Positions 20,017 through 31,472 of a stretch of 32,000 bases of DNA are shown piece by piece; the stretch's first letter is position 1; the number at the start of each line of letters is the position of its first letter. Source of the DNA: Mycoplasmoides pneumoniae FH (GTDB taxonomy: Bacteria; Bacillota_I; Bacilli_A; Mycoplasmatales; Mycoplasmoidaceae); the NCBI RefSeq assembly GCF_001272835.1, contig NZ_CP010546.1, forward strand, positions 782,809-814,808. The letters are read 5' to 3'. The notes below the pieces were generated by a model. The model saw only the letters and a program-made list of their open reading frames with translations. It did not search any database and was not told the DNA's origin. The position numbers and the translations under genes were made by a program.

Positions 20017-21451
20017 GAATAAATTCTTGAAGCAGCGCTAATACCTGAGTCTTACCGTGCAGCACCATGATGCCCGCCAAATCAGGACCATGCTCTTTGT
20101 TGGTAAAGATCAACCGTAGTGGCATAAACAGCTTTTTGCCCTTCAGATTAAACTGTTCACCAATTTGGGTTAAGGTACTTTTGACATTGTCCTTCGTCCA
20201 ATCAGGTAGGGCTTGGAGTTGTTCACTCAGTTGTTGTAGGGCTGGTTGGAGCTCTTTGAAGAGTTCACGGTGCTTAACACTTAAATGCTGCACCCCTAAC
20301 TTGGGGGCAAAGGTTTCCTTAATCAGTTGGTTAATTTCAATGCCAAACGCTAGTTGGTTTTTGAACAACAGACTGACTTCTTTGCGCTTGTCCTTGAGGT
20401 AATCAAAGTCAATCGTTAAGTAGTTATCAATAAAGTTAAAGTAGGCATTATCACTCAACTCCTTAATGTAGTGCGCATTAATTCACTGGAGTTTCTTAAT
20501 GTCAAAGAAAGCGGGGGCGCCCACTACTCGATTGACCGTAAAGCTTTCAATTAGTTGGTTGATGGTAAAAAACTCGCGGTTAAAGTCCGAATTTCAACCC
20601 AGTAAGGCCAAGAAGTTTACCACCGCTTCTGGTAGGTAACCCTCTTGTTTGAACTGTTCAATGAACTGGATCGTTTTGGTATCACGCTTAGACAGTTTCT
20701 TGCCACTCTTGTCGACTATCACCGATAAATGACCAAAGCGGGGAATCTTTTGATAGCCTAAGGCTTGGTTAATTGCTAGTTGGTAAGCGGTGTTGGAAAT
20801 GTGTTCCGCCCCCCGCAACACATCGGTAATTTCCATGTCATGGTCATCAATGACTACGGCAAAGTTATACGTGGCAATGCCATTGGCCTTCAATAAAACA
20901 ATATCGGTGAGGGAGTTCCCGGGAATAGTAATCTTGCCCCGAACCTGGTCGTTTCAGGCAAACTCAGCGTCCTGGTTAATCTTTAAGCGAATCGTGAAGG
21001 GTACTTGGTTGTCTAAGTTTGTTTGAATGTGCTTGGAGTGTAAGTTGCGACACGTTCCCAAATACTTCGGGGTTTGGTGGTGTTCTAAAGCCAATTGGCG
21101 TTCGTGTTCTAACTTTTCTTTAGTACAGAAACAACGGTAGGCCAAACCCTTGCCCACAAGTTCATAAGCTAGTTTTTTGTAGGTAGCCAACTTTTGACTT
21201 TGGATGTAAGGCCCATAATTACCCGGGTTGTAAATTGATTCATCGGGAATAATTCCTAACCAGCGCAAGTTTTCTAGTTGTGATTCAATTCCCCCTTCCA
21301 CATTGCGCTCAGTGTCAGTGTCCTCAATCCGGATAATAAACTCGCCGTTAAAGTGTTTTGCTAACAAGAAGTTAAAGATAGCAGTACGCGCACCCCCAAC
21401 ATGAAGGTAACCGGTAGGGGAAGGGGCATAACGGGTTCTAATCTTTTCCAT
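19997..21451 (-). CDS. gltX: Glutamyl-tRNA synthetase
   Basis: Three track ORFs joined through TGA: [50 protein letters not shown]...; HFGHLSVI-like region. 484 aa. Confidence 0.97.
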
Positions 21452-22229
21452 CGCTTAAATGTGGTTTAAGGCTAAGATACAAACGAAACAACTGGGTCGG
21501 GGTTAACTCTTGGGCTCTAACCGTTGCCGCCAAGTCCTGTTGTTGTAAAACATTAGTTAACAAGGTGGGTGGGAGAAGCTGCTTGAGGTTATTGACTAAC
21601 AGCTTGCGGCGCTGGTGAAAACACTGTTTTAAGAACCGGCCAAAATGAGCTTCATAGGCTACTTGGGGTTTCTTTTTTAACAACATTAACACCGAATCCA
21701 CTTGGGGCTTGGGCTTAAAAGCAACCTTATCAATTTTAAAAACTGATTTAATTTGCAAATGGTATTGGCAAAACACACCAAAGGCACTATAGTTAGGCGA
21801 ATTTACCGGTGCTACTAACCTTTGACCAAACTCCCACTGGCACACCAGCACAAATTGTTGTAGTTTGGAAGCCAAAAAGTTAGCAATCAAAGGGGAGCTA
21901 ATACTGTAGGGAATGTTGCCACAAAGCAAAGGTATAGTGTCAGGAAAATACTGATCCAAGTTTTGTTTTAAGGCATCACCAATGGTTAGTTGTTCTTCAG
22001 TTAAGATTTCGTTGACCAAGAGGTATTCCGCTAAGCGTTTATCCAACTCTATGCCATGGTATGGTAGTTGTAACTTGAGTAAAGCCTTGGTTAACGCTCC
22101 CTTACCCGGCCCCACTTCAATTAAGGCCGTTGGGTTGAGACTCTTAATTAACCGACAGGTTTTGGCAATTACACTCTGGTCAACCGTAAAGTTTTGCCCT
22201 AATTTGCGTGAAGGATAAAAACTATTCAC
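21438..22229 (-). CDS. ksgA: 16S rRNA dimethyladenosine transferase
   Basis: 263 aa; [46 protein letters not shown], motifs of KsgA/RsmA. Confidence 0.97.
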
Positions 22230-23379
22230 GTTCTAACATTTGTTCTAATTTGGAATACGTTAACCGTCTTCTGGTACGCCTTTTAACAATAAAGAGGTGG
22301 GTTAGATAAGACTGGAGTAAGGTAAACAAGGCATTTAAGAACCAGTACACACCCACACCAGCGGCACTAAAAGCCGTAATAACAGCAAACACAAAGTAGA
22401 AAATTAACTGCATTCGCTTTGTTTTATTGAGCTGTTCAATGCTCTTTTGCGAATGCGCTTTAGCATTCTCATTGCGTTTGCTAGCCCAAATTTGGGGCAA
22501 CTTTTGCGAGATAAATTGCACTGGTAAAACAATGATTAAGAAGATAATAAAGGTTCACCCGGTACTGGTAAAGTTCGAGAAGATTTCCGTTAACGGTACC
22601 TTAGATAAGTCCCAGAAGTTAAACAGGATAATCGCTTTAATTGGTCTTAAAGTCGTGACAATCCGGTAAATAATGAGGAAGATGGGTAAGGTAACAAAGA
22701 CCTGAACAAAGGAAGCAGAAGACTTAATGTTGTGCTTCTTGTACAAGGACATGATCTCCATCTGGCGGTTGCGTTTGCTCTGTAAGTCCAACGCCCCTTT
22801 GTACTTGGCATTAATTTCTGCTAATTTGCCCTGGACCTCGTTCATTTTTTCTAACGCCAGCGTGGAGTTGAGGGTAATCACTATGGTAATTAACCGTACT
22901 AGGAACAACAACACAATCAAAGACAAGATCATGTTGAAGCCCAATTCCGGACCGCTACCTAGAGGAACCCTGGTAGCGTACATAATCGGCAACACTATTT
23001 GCGATGCTGGTCAGACAAACCAACCATAAAAGGGACCATACGCTAAGGTATAGTCACTAAAGGTAAAGTAGGGCCCCACATTATTGGACTGCAAGTCATA
23101 CCGGTAGTCCCCCGTAGTACCAAAGTTATAACCAATTTCTAACCCCGAACCTAACAGTTGGTTGGTTCCCGTTCAGGGCTGTGCTAGGGTTTGGGTACAA
23201 CCCCATAAACCTACTATGGTTAAAAAGATAAAGATCGCTACTTTAAGGACTTTAAAGATAATGCCCCAGGCCTTTTTGAGATTTTTGAGGCCGTTCTTTT
23301 CGTTAACAACGGCCGCTGATCAAAAAGGGTTAAAGGTGGTTTTGAGCTCTTTATGCTTCTTATTTAGGTTTAGGGGCAT
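22222..23379 (-). CDS. yidC: Membrane protein insertase YidC/Oxa1
   Basis: Code-4 joined frame from ATG 23379 to TAG 22222, 385 aa; ...YAYGPFYGWFVWPASQIV..., EVQGKLAEINAKYKGAL, ATSVFVQ-like region and positioned between ksgA and rnpA. Confidence 0.92.
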
Positions 23380-23716
23380 CGAGTTCTTGGAGCTTTTGGC
23401 AAAGGTTTAAAAAGATCGTTTGCTTTTCTTTAAATGTTAATTCAAGGAAGCCTTGATTAATAATAACCAAAACATCAACAGCGTTTAAATTGCAAAACTG
23501 TTCCCGCATGATCGCTTTAACTTGCCGTCGAATTAAGTTGCGCTCAACCGCTAACTTGTATTTGGTCTTTGATATCGAAACCGCTGCCCTTCAAGTGCGG
23601 ACGCGGTTCGGCATAAAGTAGGCCATCAAAAAGGTCGAGAAGAAGCGTCTTTTACTCCTTAGAAGGGCAGCAAATACTTTACGATCACGGAGGTGGTGCT
23701 TGGTCTTAGCGCTCAC
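23360..23716 (-). CDS. rnpA: Ribonuclease P protein component
   Basis: Manual translation from GTG 23716: [118 protein letters not shown]; RN..RRQ motif. 118 aa. Confidence 0.93.
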
Positions 23717-23852
23717 TGGATACGGTGAGTTGGGCGCGTTGTTTTTTTCTTCTTAACTTCAATACTTTACGACCAGAAGCAGTGGCCATGCGAGCTAAAA
23801 AGCCATGGGTTTTTGCTCGCTTTAATTTACTTGGTTGATATGTACGTTTCAT
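23706..23852 (-). CDS. rpmH: 50S ribosomal protein L34
   Basis: [48 protein letters not shown], 48 aa. Confidence 0.97.
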
Positions 23853-23874
23853 GATACAGCGCTAAGTATTATAA

Positions 23875-24894
23875 CTAAGATAAAGGACGCACCAATTCGT
23901 TAGACACTATCTTACCATCGGAGATCTTAATGATCCTGTTAGCGATCCGCGTTAACGTTTCATCGTGGGTCACCATTAGAATAGTTTGCTTATATTCCTT
24001 ATTGATTGCTTGTAATAAGGCAATAATGTTTTCGGCTGAATTACTGTCTAAAGCCCCCGTAGGTTCGTCACAGAGCAACAAGCGCGGTTCTTTAATAATG
24101 GCACGGGCAATCGCCACCCGTTGCTTTTGACCCCCCGACATCTCGTACGGAAACTTGTACAAGATTTCCTTAATGTCGAGTTTAGCCGCTAACTCCTCGA
24201 TGTCTAAGTGGCGTTGTTCTTTAGGAATTAGGTTTTGCGAGATGGCAATGTTGTCATACGCACTTAAGAGTTCTATGAGGTTATAGCGTTGGTACACATA
24301 ACCCAGGTTTAACTTGCGGTAAGTTAAGAGCTGTTCGGTGGTACATTTTTCCAAGGGACAATTGGCCACCACACAGCTGCCCAAAGAAATTGAGTCATAA
24401 CCGCCTATTAGGTTTAAAAGGGTAGTTTTCCCCGAACCTGATGGACCTAAAATAATCACAATTTCCCCATAACCGATTTCTAGAGAAACATCGGATAAGA
24501 TAGCAATCTGTTCCTTGGAGTCCTCCCCGTGAACGTGCTTTCACATCTTGTCAATCGAGATCACCATCCCTTGTTTTTGCTCGACATAAGGAGTGCGGTA
24601 GGGGGCTTCCAGTTTTTCCTTTCACTGGGAGATCAACCCACCCTGCTTTTTCGGTTTTTTGGGTTTAGGTGCCTTGGTGGTCTTCGTGGGTTTAACTTGT
24701 TCCGGTTTAACTGCTTTCGCCTTCGGTTCCTTAACTTTTTTCACCTTAGCGGGTTTGGCCTTCTTTGTTTTCTTGTCTGATGCTAAATAATACTCAAAGG
24801 TGGCCTTAAAGCTGTTGGCCTTAACGTTTTCTAATATATCAACACACTCGTCCCAGACAAGTTCTTTCTCGGTTTTCTTTTCTGTATCTTTCAT
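23875..24894 (-). CDS. ABC transporter ATP-binding protein (LolD/MacB-type) with Lys/Pro-rich N-terminal extension
   Basis: Track ORFs joined via TGA: MKDTEKKTEKELVWDE...KKAKPAKVKKVKEPKAKAVKPEQVKPTKTTKAPKPKKPKKQGG...GPSGSGKTTLLNLIGG (Walker A), [26 protein letters not shown]. 339 aa. Confidence 0.95.
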
Positions 24895-24895
24895 C

Positions 24896-27800
24896 CTAGA
24901 AGCCCTCCTTTAGTTCCGCTGAACGCAGTTTAATTCAGAAGTAAGAACCTATTACAAAGATGGTAGCACCAAACAGGACTATCCCCACCATGTAAGGTAA
25001 GAATTCAAACACGTTGGTTAAAAAGACCTGGGCAACCCCAAAGACTAGGGCTTGTACTCCTACTAGTAACCCAGCTAAGATAGCAATCGAGATTAATAAC
25101 GAAAGTACAAAAGCGGGAATAAAGAAGCACAAGAGACTAACTAAGTTTTGACTATCTTTGTAACCAATCGATTTTAAGGAAATAAAGATCCGTTTCATTT
25201 CCTCTAACATCGAGATCCCCAAGACCACACAGGTAATAAAGATAAAGGGAATAATGGTGCCCAACAAGAACCCATCAACTTGGTTCACGGTATTAAACAA
25301 CACCTCAGCATTATTCCTGATAATTTGAGCACTAGCACCAGCGGCATCTAATTTGAGAGCTGGCACCATGATGTTATCGCCAAAGATACCTCTAGCACCA
25401 CTAGCTAATGATTGAGTTGAAGATCATTCGCTCGTATATTTTTCGATAACCTTTTTTCTGAGGTTTTCATAGGTCATGCTATCCACACCATTCTCACCCT
25501 TTTCCTTAGCCAACTGCTTTAAGATATCCGGATCACTTGGTAAGATTGAGGTAATAATCTTGTTTTCCTTACCCTTAACGAGGTTAGTAAAGTTATTACC
25601 AAAATCCGTAAAGTTACCCCAGACACCAATGTTGGAGTTAAGTACTAGCGCTTTACTTACCAAAGAAGGGTTGAGTTCCTTGGAGAAGACCCCGTTAAAG
25701 GGAACATAACCAGTTGGCTTGACGTACTCAATCTTGTACTTGTCTTTGGTGGTAGAAGAGGTACTTCCACCCCCACAAGAGCCACCGCCAGACGAAGTAC
25801 CACCGCTATCATCGGTGGATTGGCCGTCCTTCACCACATCCTTAATGACCCCGCGGCCATCAAAGCCATTGAGCTTTAACAAGCGGTTGGCAATGTTTTG
25901 GTTAATATACAACTCTTGGCCAAAGGCATCGGTAGATACCCCGACAACCCGGAACTTCACGGTTGGTGTTTTAGGTGGGCTCTTTAAGAACTTCTCTGAA
26001 TAGCGGGTCGCAGTGTTCTTGGGTTGAATAAAGATGAAGTCCCCGATCTTGGTGTTATTAGCGTACTGAAAGCCAGCGTTGACAATGACATTCATCTCAC
26101 TGTCAGAGCTAATTAAGCTCCTCAAGGAGTTACCACCGCTGTCAGTGAGGTTGACAAACTTGGAATCGGGACTAATTCCCGTTAAGGTGTAAGGGGAATC
26201 AGGATTCAACTCGGTTTCCTTAAAACCAAATGGTCCTTGAACATAGGTGTATGTCTCCTCTATTTGTGGATCAACCGGGACAATCCCGTACGTTAACTTC
26301 GAGTCTTGGTAGGACAACTCCGGATCACCATAGACCTTAGTAAGGAATTTAAGGAATTGTTCGTTAAATTTAACTCCACCAGGATTGAAGACGTTAATCT
26401 GGGTTAATACCCTAGCGGCATCCAACTGAATAAAGTTAGTCCGAGGGTTGCGGGTTAAGAAACCATTATTGTTGAGGTTATTAAAGTAGTCATCAGTAAG
26501 AACCGCAATTAAAAACTGGTCACTGGAAGCCGATAACAATTGGGTAATTTGTTTAGGAATGGACTTCTCGACAATTTCCCACGGGTTAATGTTGGCACCA
26601 CCAACGCGAATTGGGAAGTCAATGAGCCACTTCGACAACGAAGCATGACGGAAGAAGTTTTCGTCAGTGTTTAATTGTTGGGCACCACCAAAACTTGGGA
26701 GAAGGAGGTTACCGAGTTCGATTTCCTTACCATTATGCTTGATTGGGTTTCCGCCCCTATCACTAATCTTTAACTCTTTGAGGTTGTATGGGTGTTCTTT
26801 GTCGTTGCCTTGCTGTTGTTGCTGCTGTTGCTGTTGCTGAATTTGATCACCCTTATCTTTATACAAGGCCTTAATCCCCAAACTATCATCAGTTTGACCA
26901 AACCGGGAGTAGGGTTGGATTGCATACCAGCCGGATTGTTCTGTGGGGGTTTGCAAGTTCAACCTATAGTTAAAGTTGCGGTTTAAAACGGTGTTGGACT
27001 GCGCTGCCCCAAACTTTTGCGGGATGGTACCGGCAATCCCAATTAAAAGCAGGGCAATCGAACTTAACCCCACATAGGTAAATAACCGCGATAACCGGGA
27101 AATAATCAAGGACACCCGGAATTTACCCAAGGGAGTCATGGTGTAACTCTTGCGCTTTAATAAGTGCAAGAAGACCGAGAACTTGGTTTCATTACCCTGG
27201 TCAATCAGGACATTAACCGGTTTACTAAAGAGCTGTTTAAAGGCTATTCAGCTAATAAACTGGAAGATCACAAAGATCAACAGCATTGATCCAAAGAAGG
27301 AAATCCAGTTAAAGCTGTTGGCCGGTAGGGCTATAAACCAATACCTGGAGATAATCCCCTTAACTTGTCTTTCTAAAAGGAAGGCAAATAAGACCCCAAA
27401 GAAGGATGAGGCCAAGGCTACTATGCCGGCAAACACACTCATGCCGGCAATAAACTTGGCTGTGGAGAACCCACCAGCGCGGATAATTGAGAACTCCGTT
27501 TGGTTCTTCTTAATAAAAGACTTAATTAAGAGAATGGTGAGGTATAAGGCCAAGATGGATAAGAAGGCCGCAATGACCACACTGGCAATGGCTAAATAGT
27601 TCTGCACTAAGTCCGGGAAATAGTTCCGGGCTGTAGTTAAGTACTGGAACTTGGAGATGTCCTTAACGTTAAAGGCGAGATCACTGTCAGGGACGTTGAG
27701 ATAGCCCTTTAACTTAGAGGCCACCACCTGGATCGGATCTTGGCCAGGGAACTTCGCTTTAATGTCATCCGACTTAAAGGCGTAGTAGTTCTCCTCACTA

Positions 27801-30544
27801 GCAGCAGGCACAGCAAACAAGACACTGCGGTATCCCTGCTCATTGAGAAAGATTAAGCCTTCATCCTGGGAGTTGGGCAGCGGTGAGTTTGTGGACAATA
27901 CCGGATAACCGGTTTCTACCGACTCCCCAACCCCTAGAATGGCAAAGGTTAACCCGTTAATTGAGAACTTGTATTTGTCCGGTAAGTCATTTAACCAGTT
28001 GGGTAAATTCTTCGGGTTTTCTAACGCTTCTTTTCAGGAGTATTCCCCTTCTAAAGGTAATACTTCCTTGTCGTGTTTAAATAACCATTGCTGGGATACC
28101 ACCGCACCGTGGGCTTCCGGGGTTTGGACTACCAAGGACTGTTGGTCGGTGGGTAGTGTTAACGGGTTAACCCCGTTTTTAAAGATAATCGGGATATCTA
28201 ACTTTTGGCGGTTAGTTACTACCAGTTCATTCGGATCTTGAAACTCCGGGGTAAAGTAACTCAATAAAGCAACATAGTTGTTAGCGGCTTTACTCTTACC
28301 TGTATCATCTAAAGCCTCAAAGCCTTTTTTATCTAATGTAGACCACTGCTTAATGGCATTGGTTAAGGTATCAGGAATACTGGAAGCCTCGGGGAGTTGG
28401 GCTTGGGCTAAGATGTTAGCTAGTTTGGGGTAGATTTGGAATTTGGTAGAAGTACTCTTAGTATCACCAGTTGAAGAGGAGCTGGAGGAAGAAGATGCAT
28501 CTGCTAACTGGGTTAAAGAGTCCGTTGTGCCTTGCGTAGTTTTGGCTGCTGCTTTTTTCTTTTCATCTGTTTGAGTAGGCTTAAACTCATACTCAACCTT
28601 TTCCAAGAAGCCTTCACTGTTACTCTTGCCCCCATATACCATGTCTAAAGGATTGCTTTTTTCCTTGGCAAGCCAAGACTTAAAGTCAATCCCTTCAATA
28701 ATAGAAAGGTCGTTGTACTTCTGGGAATCCTTATTGGAGACCAAGAAGGAAGCGGATTCTTCGGAGCTAACATTGGTAGCAATCGCTAAGTTTTGCCGGG
28801 AAAACTCCAATTCCTTTAAGGCTTTCGCCTTTAAGAAGGCATCGCGGTATTTTTCTAATAACGCGGTGACCTTCTTCACCAGGTCTTCCTGGAAGATGCT
28901 TTTTCATTGGTGTAAAAGGGCAGCATAAACGTTATTTAAATTCTTTTGCGGAGTGTGGTTTTCGGTGCCAATTTTGTCGAATTCAGTTTGGACATCACTA
29001 AAAGTTGGATCTTTTACACCGTCATCTGCACTACTTTCCTGCTTATCTTGTTGTTGCTGAGCCAACGCAACGTTCGTTTGTTGTAATTGCGGCTTGAAAG
29101 AAACAGAAGAGCGAAGTGCAATCAAGCTAGAGGGATTGCTCTGAGTGCCAGACTTAGCATCGCCTGATTGTGTACTAAAAATCGTATTCTTATCACTATT
29201 ACTAAACCCCGGTAAAGAATCTAAGATCGTTTCCTTTTCGGCTTTAACCTTATTTTTGAGCCAGTCCTTATTGATGTTAAGCTCAAACGATTTGAGGCTA
29301 TTAATCTTCTTCTTGAGGTTATAGTCACCAAAGGAAGAACCGCTAGAAATAGTTTCTGCTTGCTTTTCTAATCAGTCAAATTCTTCCTTATCTAAATGAG
29401 ATAACTTACTTGTATCTAAAGTAAAAGTTAAGGAGAAAGATTGTTTTTCTTTTTCCTCTTTTTCTTTTTGGAAGACCTCTATTATTTCTTTAAAGGGATT
29501 AGTCTCTAACCAAAACTGGGAACCCGGACTAATCGGGAGCACAATAGGTACATTAGCGTACAGATTGGGAAACCAGTTAGCAGCTTCTTGCCCTCCGGTA
29601 AATAGATAAGAGGTACTTAGTTTACTGGTTTCGCTTTCTCCACTGCTACTACCAGCTTGAGTTTCATCACTTTTAAACCAAACTTTGTCTTTATTATTGG
29701 TAGTGTATTGTTCTTCTACATTACTATCTTTTTTGGGCTCCTCGTTATTTGTGGTTTCTTTAGCATCAGTCATCTTGGCCTGAGCTGCTAACGGTTGTAA
29801 AACTGTTGTGGCACTACTCGCTTGCTTGATTTCTGATTCTTTTTTAGTAGTTTTCTTATCCTCACCCTTCCCTTTATCACCAGGAAAGCGAGCAATCCCA
29901 GCGCGCAGGGGAATCCCATCCAGAATTAAACCATCGACAAAGTAACCTAAAAGGTTACCTTCTTTGTCATAAATCAGGTTTTGGGGATCGGAAACCGTAT
30001 TTTGGTTTAAGTTATTACTTTCTTGATCGGTTCCAGTAAAAGAATAGGTATTTTGAAAGGAAACAGCTAAACCCTTATAGATCCGTTTTTCGGCAATGTT
30101 GGCTTCCCCGTAAGCTTTCAAAATGCCTCTTTTACGAGCTAAAAAGAGTTTGTCTTTATCGTTAACATCACCTTTTCGTGGGTTATTATCTGATGATTTG
30201 GTGGTTGAATCTTTCTTTTCAGAATCACTCCCAAAATCAGATTCTTGGTAGGGCCAGATAAAGTTAATCTTCTTTTCGGTTAACTTGATTTTGGAAAAAT
30301 GTCTTTTTTCTTCTTTAAGTTCCGTTTTATACACCGGACTACTTTCTTTAAAGATAGCCGGTGCTACTATGTCAGAAGAATTCGTTTTTTGAACAAGGGC
30401 AGTATAAGTATTAACAAGGTTATTACTTAACTGAAGAATCGACGTTTCCAGGAAGATAATGCTGAAAAGGACGAAAATAATCCCAAAAAGTAAAAAGAAG
30501 AACTTTTTGAGTGACTTAAAGATCTGTTTAAAAAACGAAAACAT
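24896..30544 (-). CDS. Giant FtsX/MacB-type ABC transporter permease (1882 aa)
   Basis: Six track ORFs in one frame joined through TGA codons; N-terminal TM, very large extracytoplasmic region, FtsX-like TM blocks around 27248-27600 and 24935-25369 (VLGISMLEEMKRIFISLKSIGYK...). TAG stop at 24896-24898. Confidence 0.9.
26810..26850 (-). repeat. CAA/CAG microsatellite encoding poly-Gln in the permease
   Basis: Encodes IQQQQQQQQQQQGN. Confidence 0.9.
28466..28503 (-). repeat. Low-complexity poly-Ser-encoding tract in the permease
   Basis: Encodes DASSSSSSSSTGDT. Confidence 0.8.
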
Positions 30545-30549
30545 TTAGT

Positions 30550-31404
30550 TTAAACTCAGTTAATTTCGTTAATAGTCTTGGGTCTTTGGTTAAGATAATC
30601 AGCCACAATCTTGCCATCGTGGATCTTAATGACCCGTTTAGCTAGCTCCACAATCTTTTCATTGTGGGTAACTAATACTATAGTAGTGCCCTTATCGCGG
30701 TTATACTCCACAAAGAACTGGAGGATCTTTTTGGAAATATCCACGTTAACAGCACCAGTTGGCTCATCACCAAATAAAATACGCGGCTCTTTGATTAGTG
30801 CCCGCGCAATTGCTACCCGTTGTTGTTGTCCCCCAGAGAGCTTGGTAATCTTTTTATTACGGTGCTCTTTGAGCTCCAACCGCTCTAACAGCTCTTCCAA
30901 ATTGTTGTTATGGCGCTTTTTAAAGGGAACTGCCAGTTTAATGTTGTCATCAACGTTCAGATCCCTTAAAAGGCCATACTGTTGGAATATATAACCTACG
31001 TTTTTATTCCGTAGTGATGTTAATTGGGCATCATTACAACAAATAGTACTCCTACCACACACAAAACTCACCCCGCTAGTAGGTCGGTCTAGGGCGGAGA
31101 TTAAAGAGAGTAAACTAGTCTTACCAGAACCAGATTTACCCAAAATAACCACAAACTCCCCAGGGGCAATTTTGAGATCAATGTGATCACAGATTAACTG
31201 GTTTGTGATCCCATTGGTCACTGCCTTACAAACGCCCTTGAACAAAACATCGTAATGTTTAGCCTCAGGGTCTTTGTAGTGCCGTCTTTTAGGGTGCTTC
31301 TTATTTAACTTAACGATTAGCTTTGACGCTTTTTTACTTTGACAAAAATCGGGTCATTGCAAACAATAATCGAGGCTTCGTTTATTTTTAGCATTTAAAG
31401 ACAT
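30550..31404 (-). CDS. ABC transporter ATP-binding protein (LolD/MacB-type)
   Basis: ATG 31404: [65 protein letters not shown]...[49 protein letters not shown]. Track stop at 30556 is TGA; the true stop is TAA 30550 (...NEINWV*). 284 aa. Confidence 0.92.
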
Positions 31405-31472
31405 TGAAACATGTCAGGTTTAACAACGGGACAGGCCAGTTTCAATTAAACACTTAAAGAATTATAAAAGGA

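Noticed and set aside
25476-28928. Small plus-strand ORFs (25476..25709, 25719..26003, 26792..26986, 27150..27599, 27939..28241, 28626..28928)
   Set aside because: Antisense to the giant permease; low-complexity content (e.g. LLLLLLLL opposite poly-Gln) shows they are shadows.
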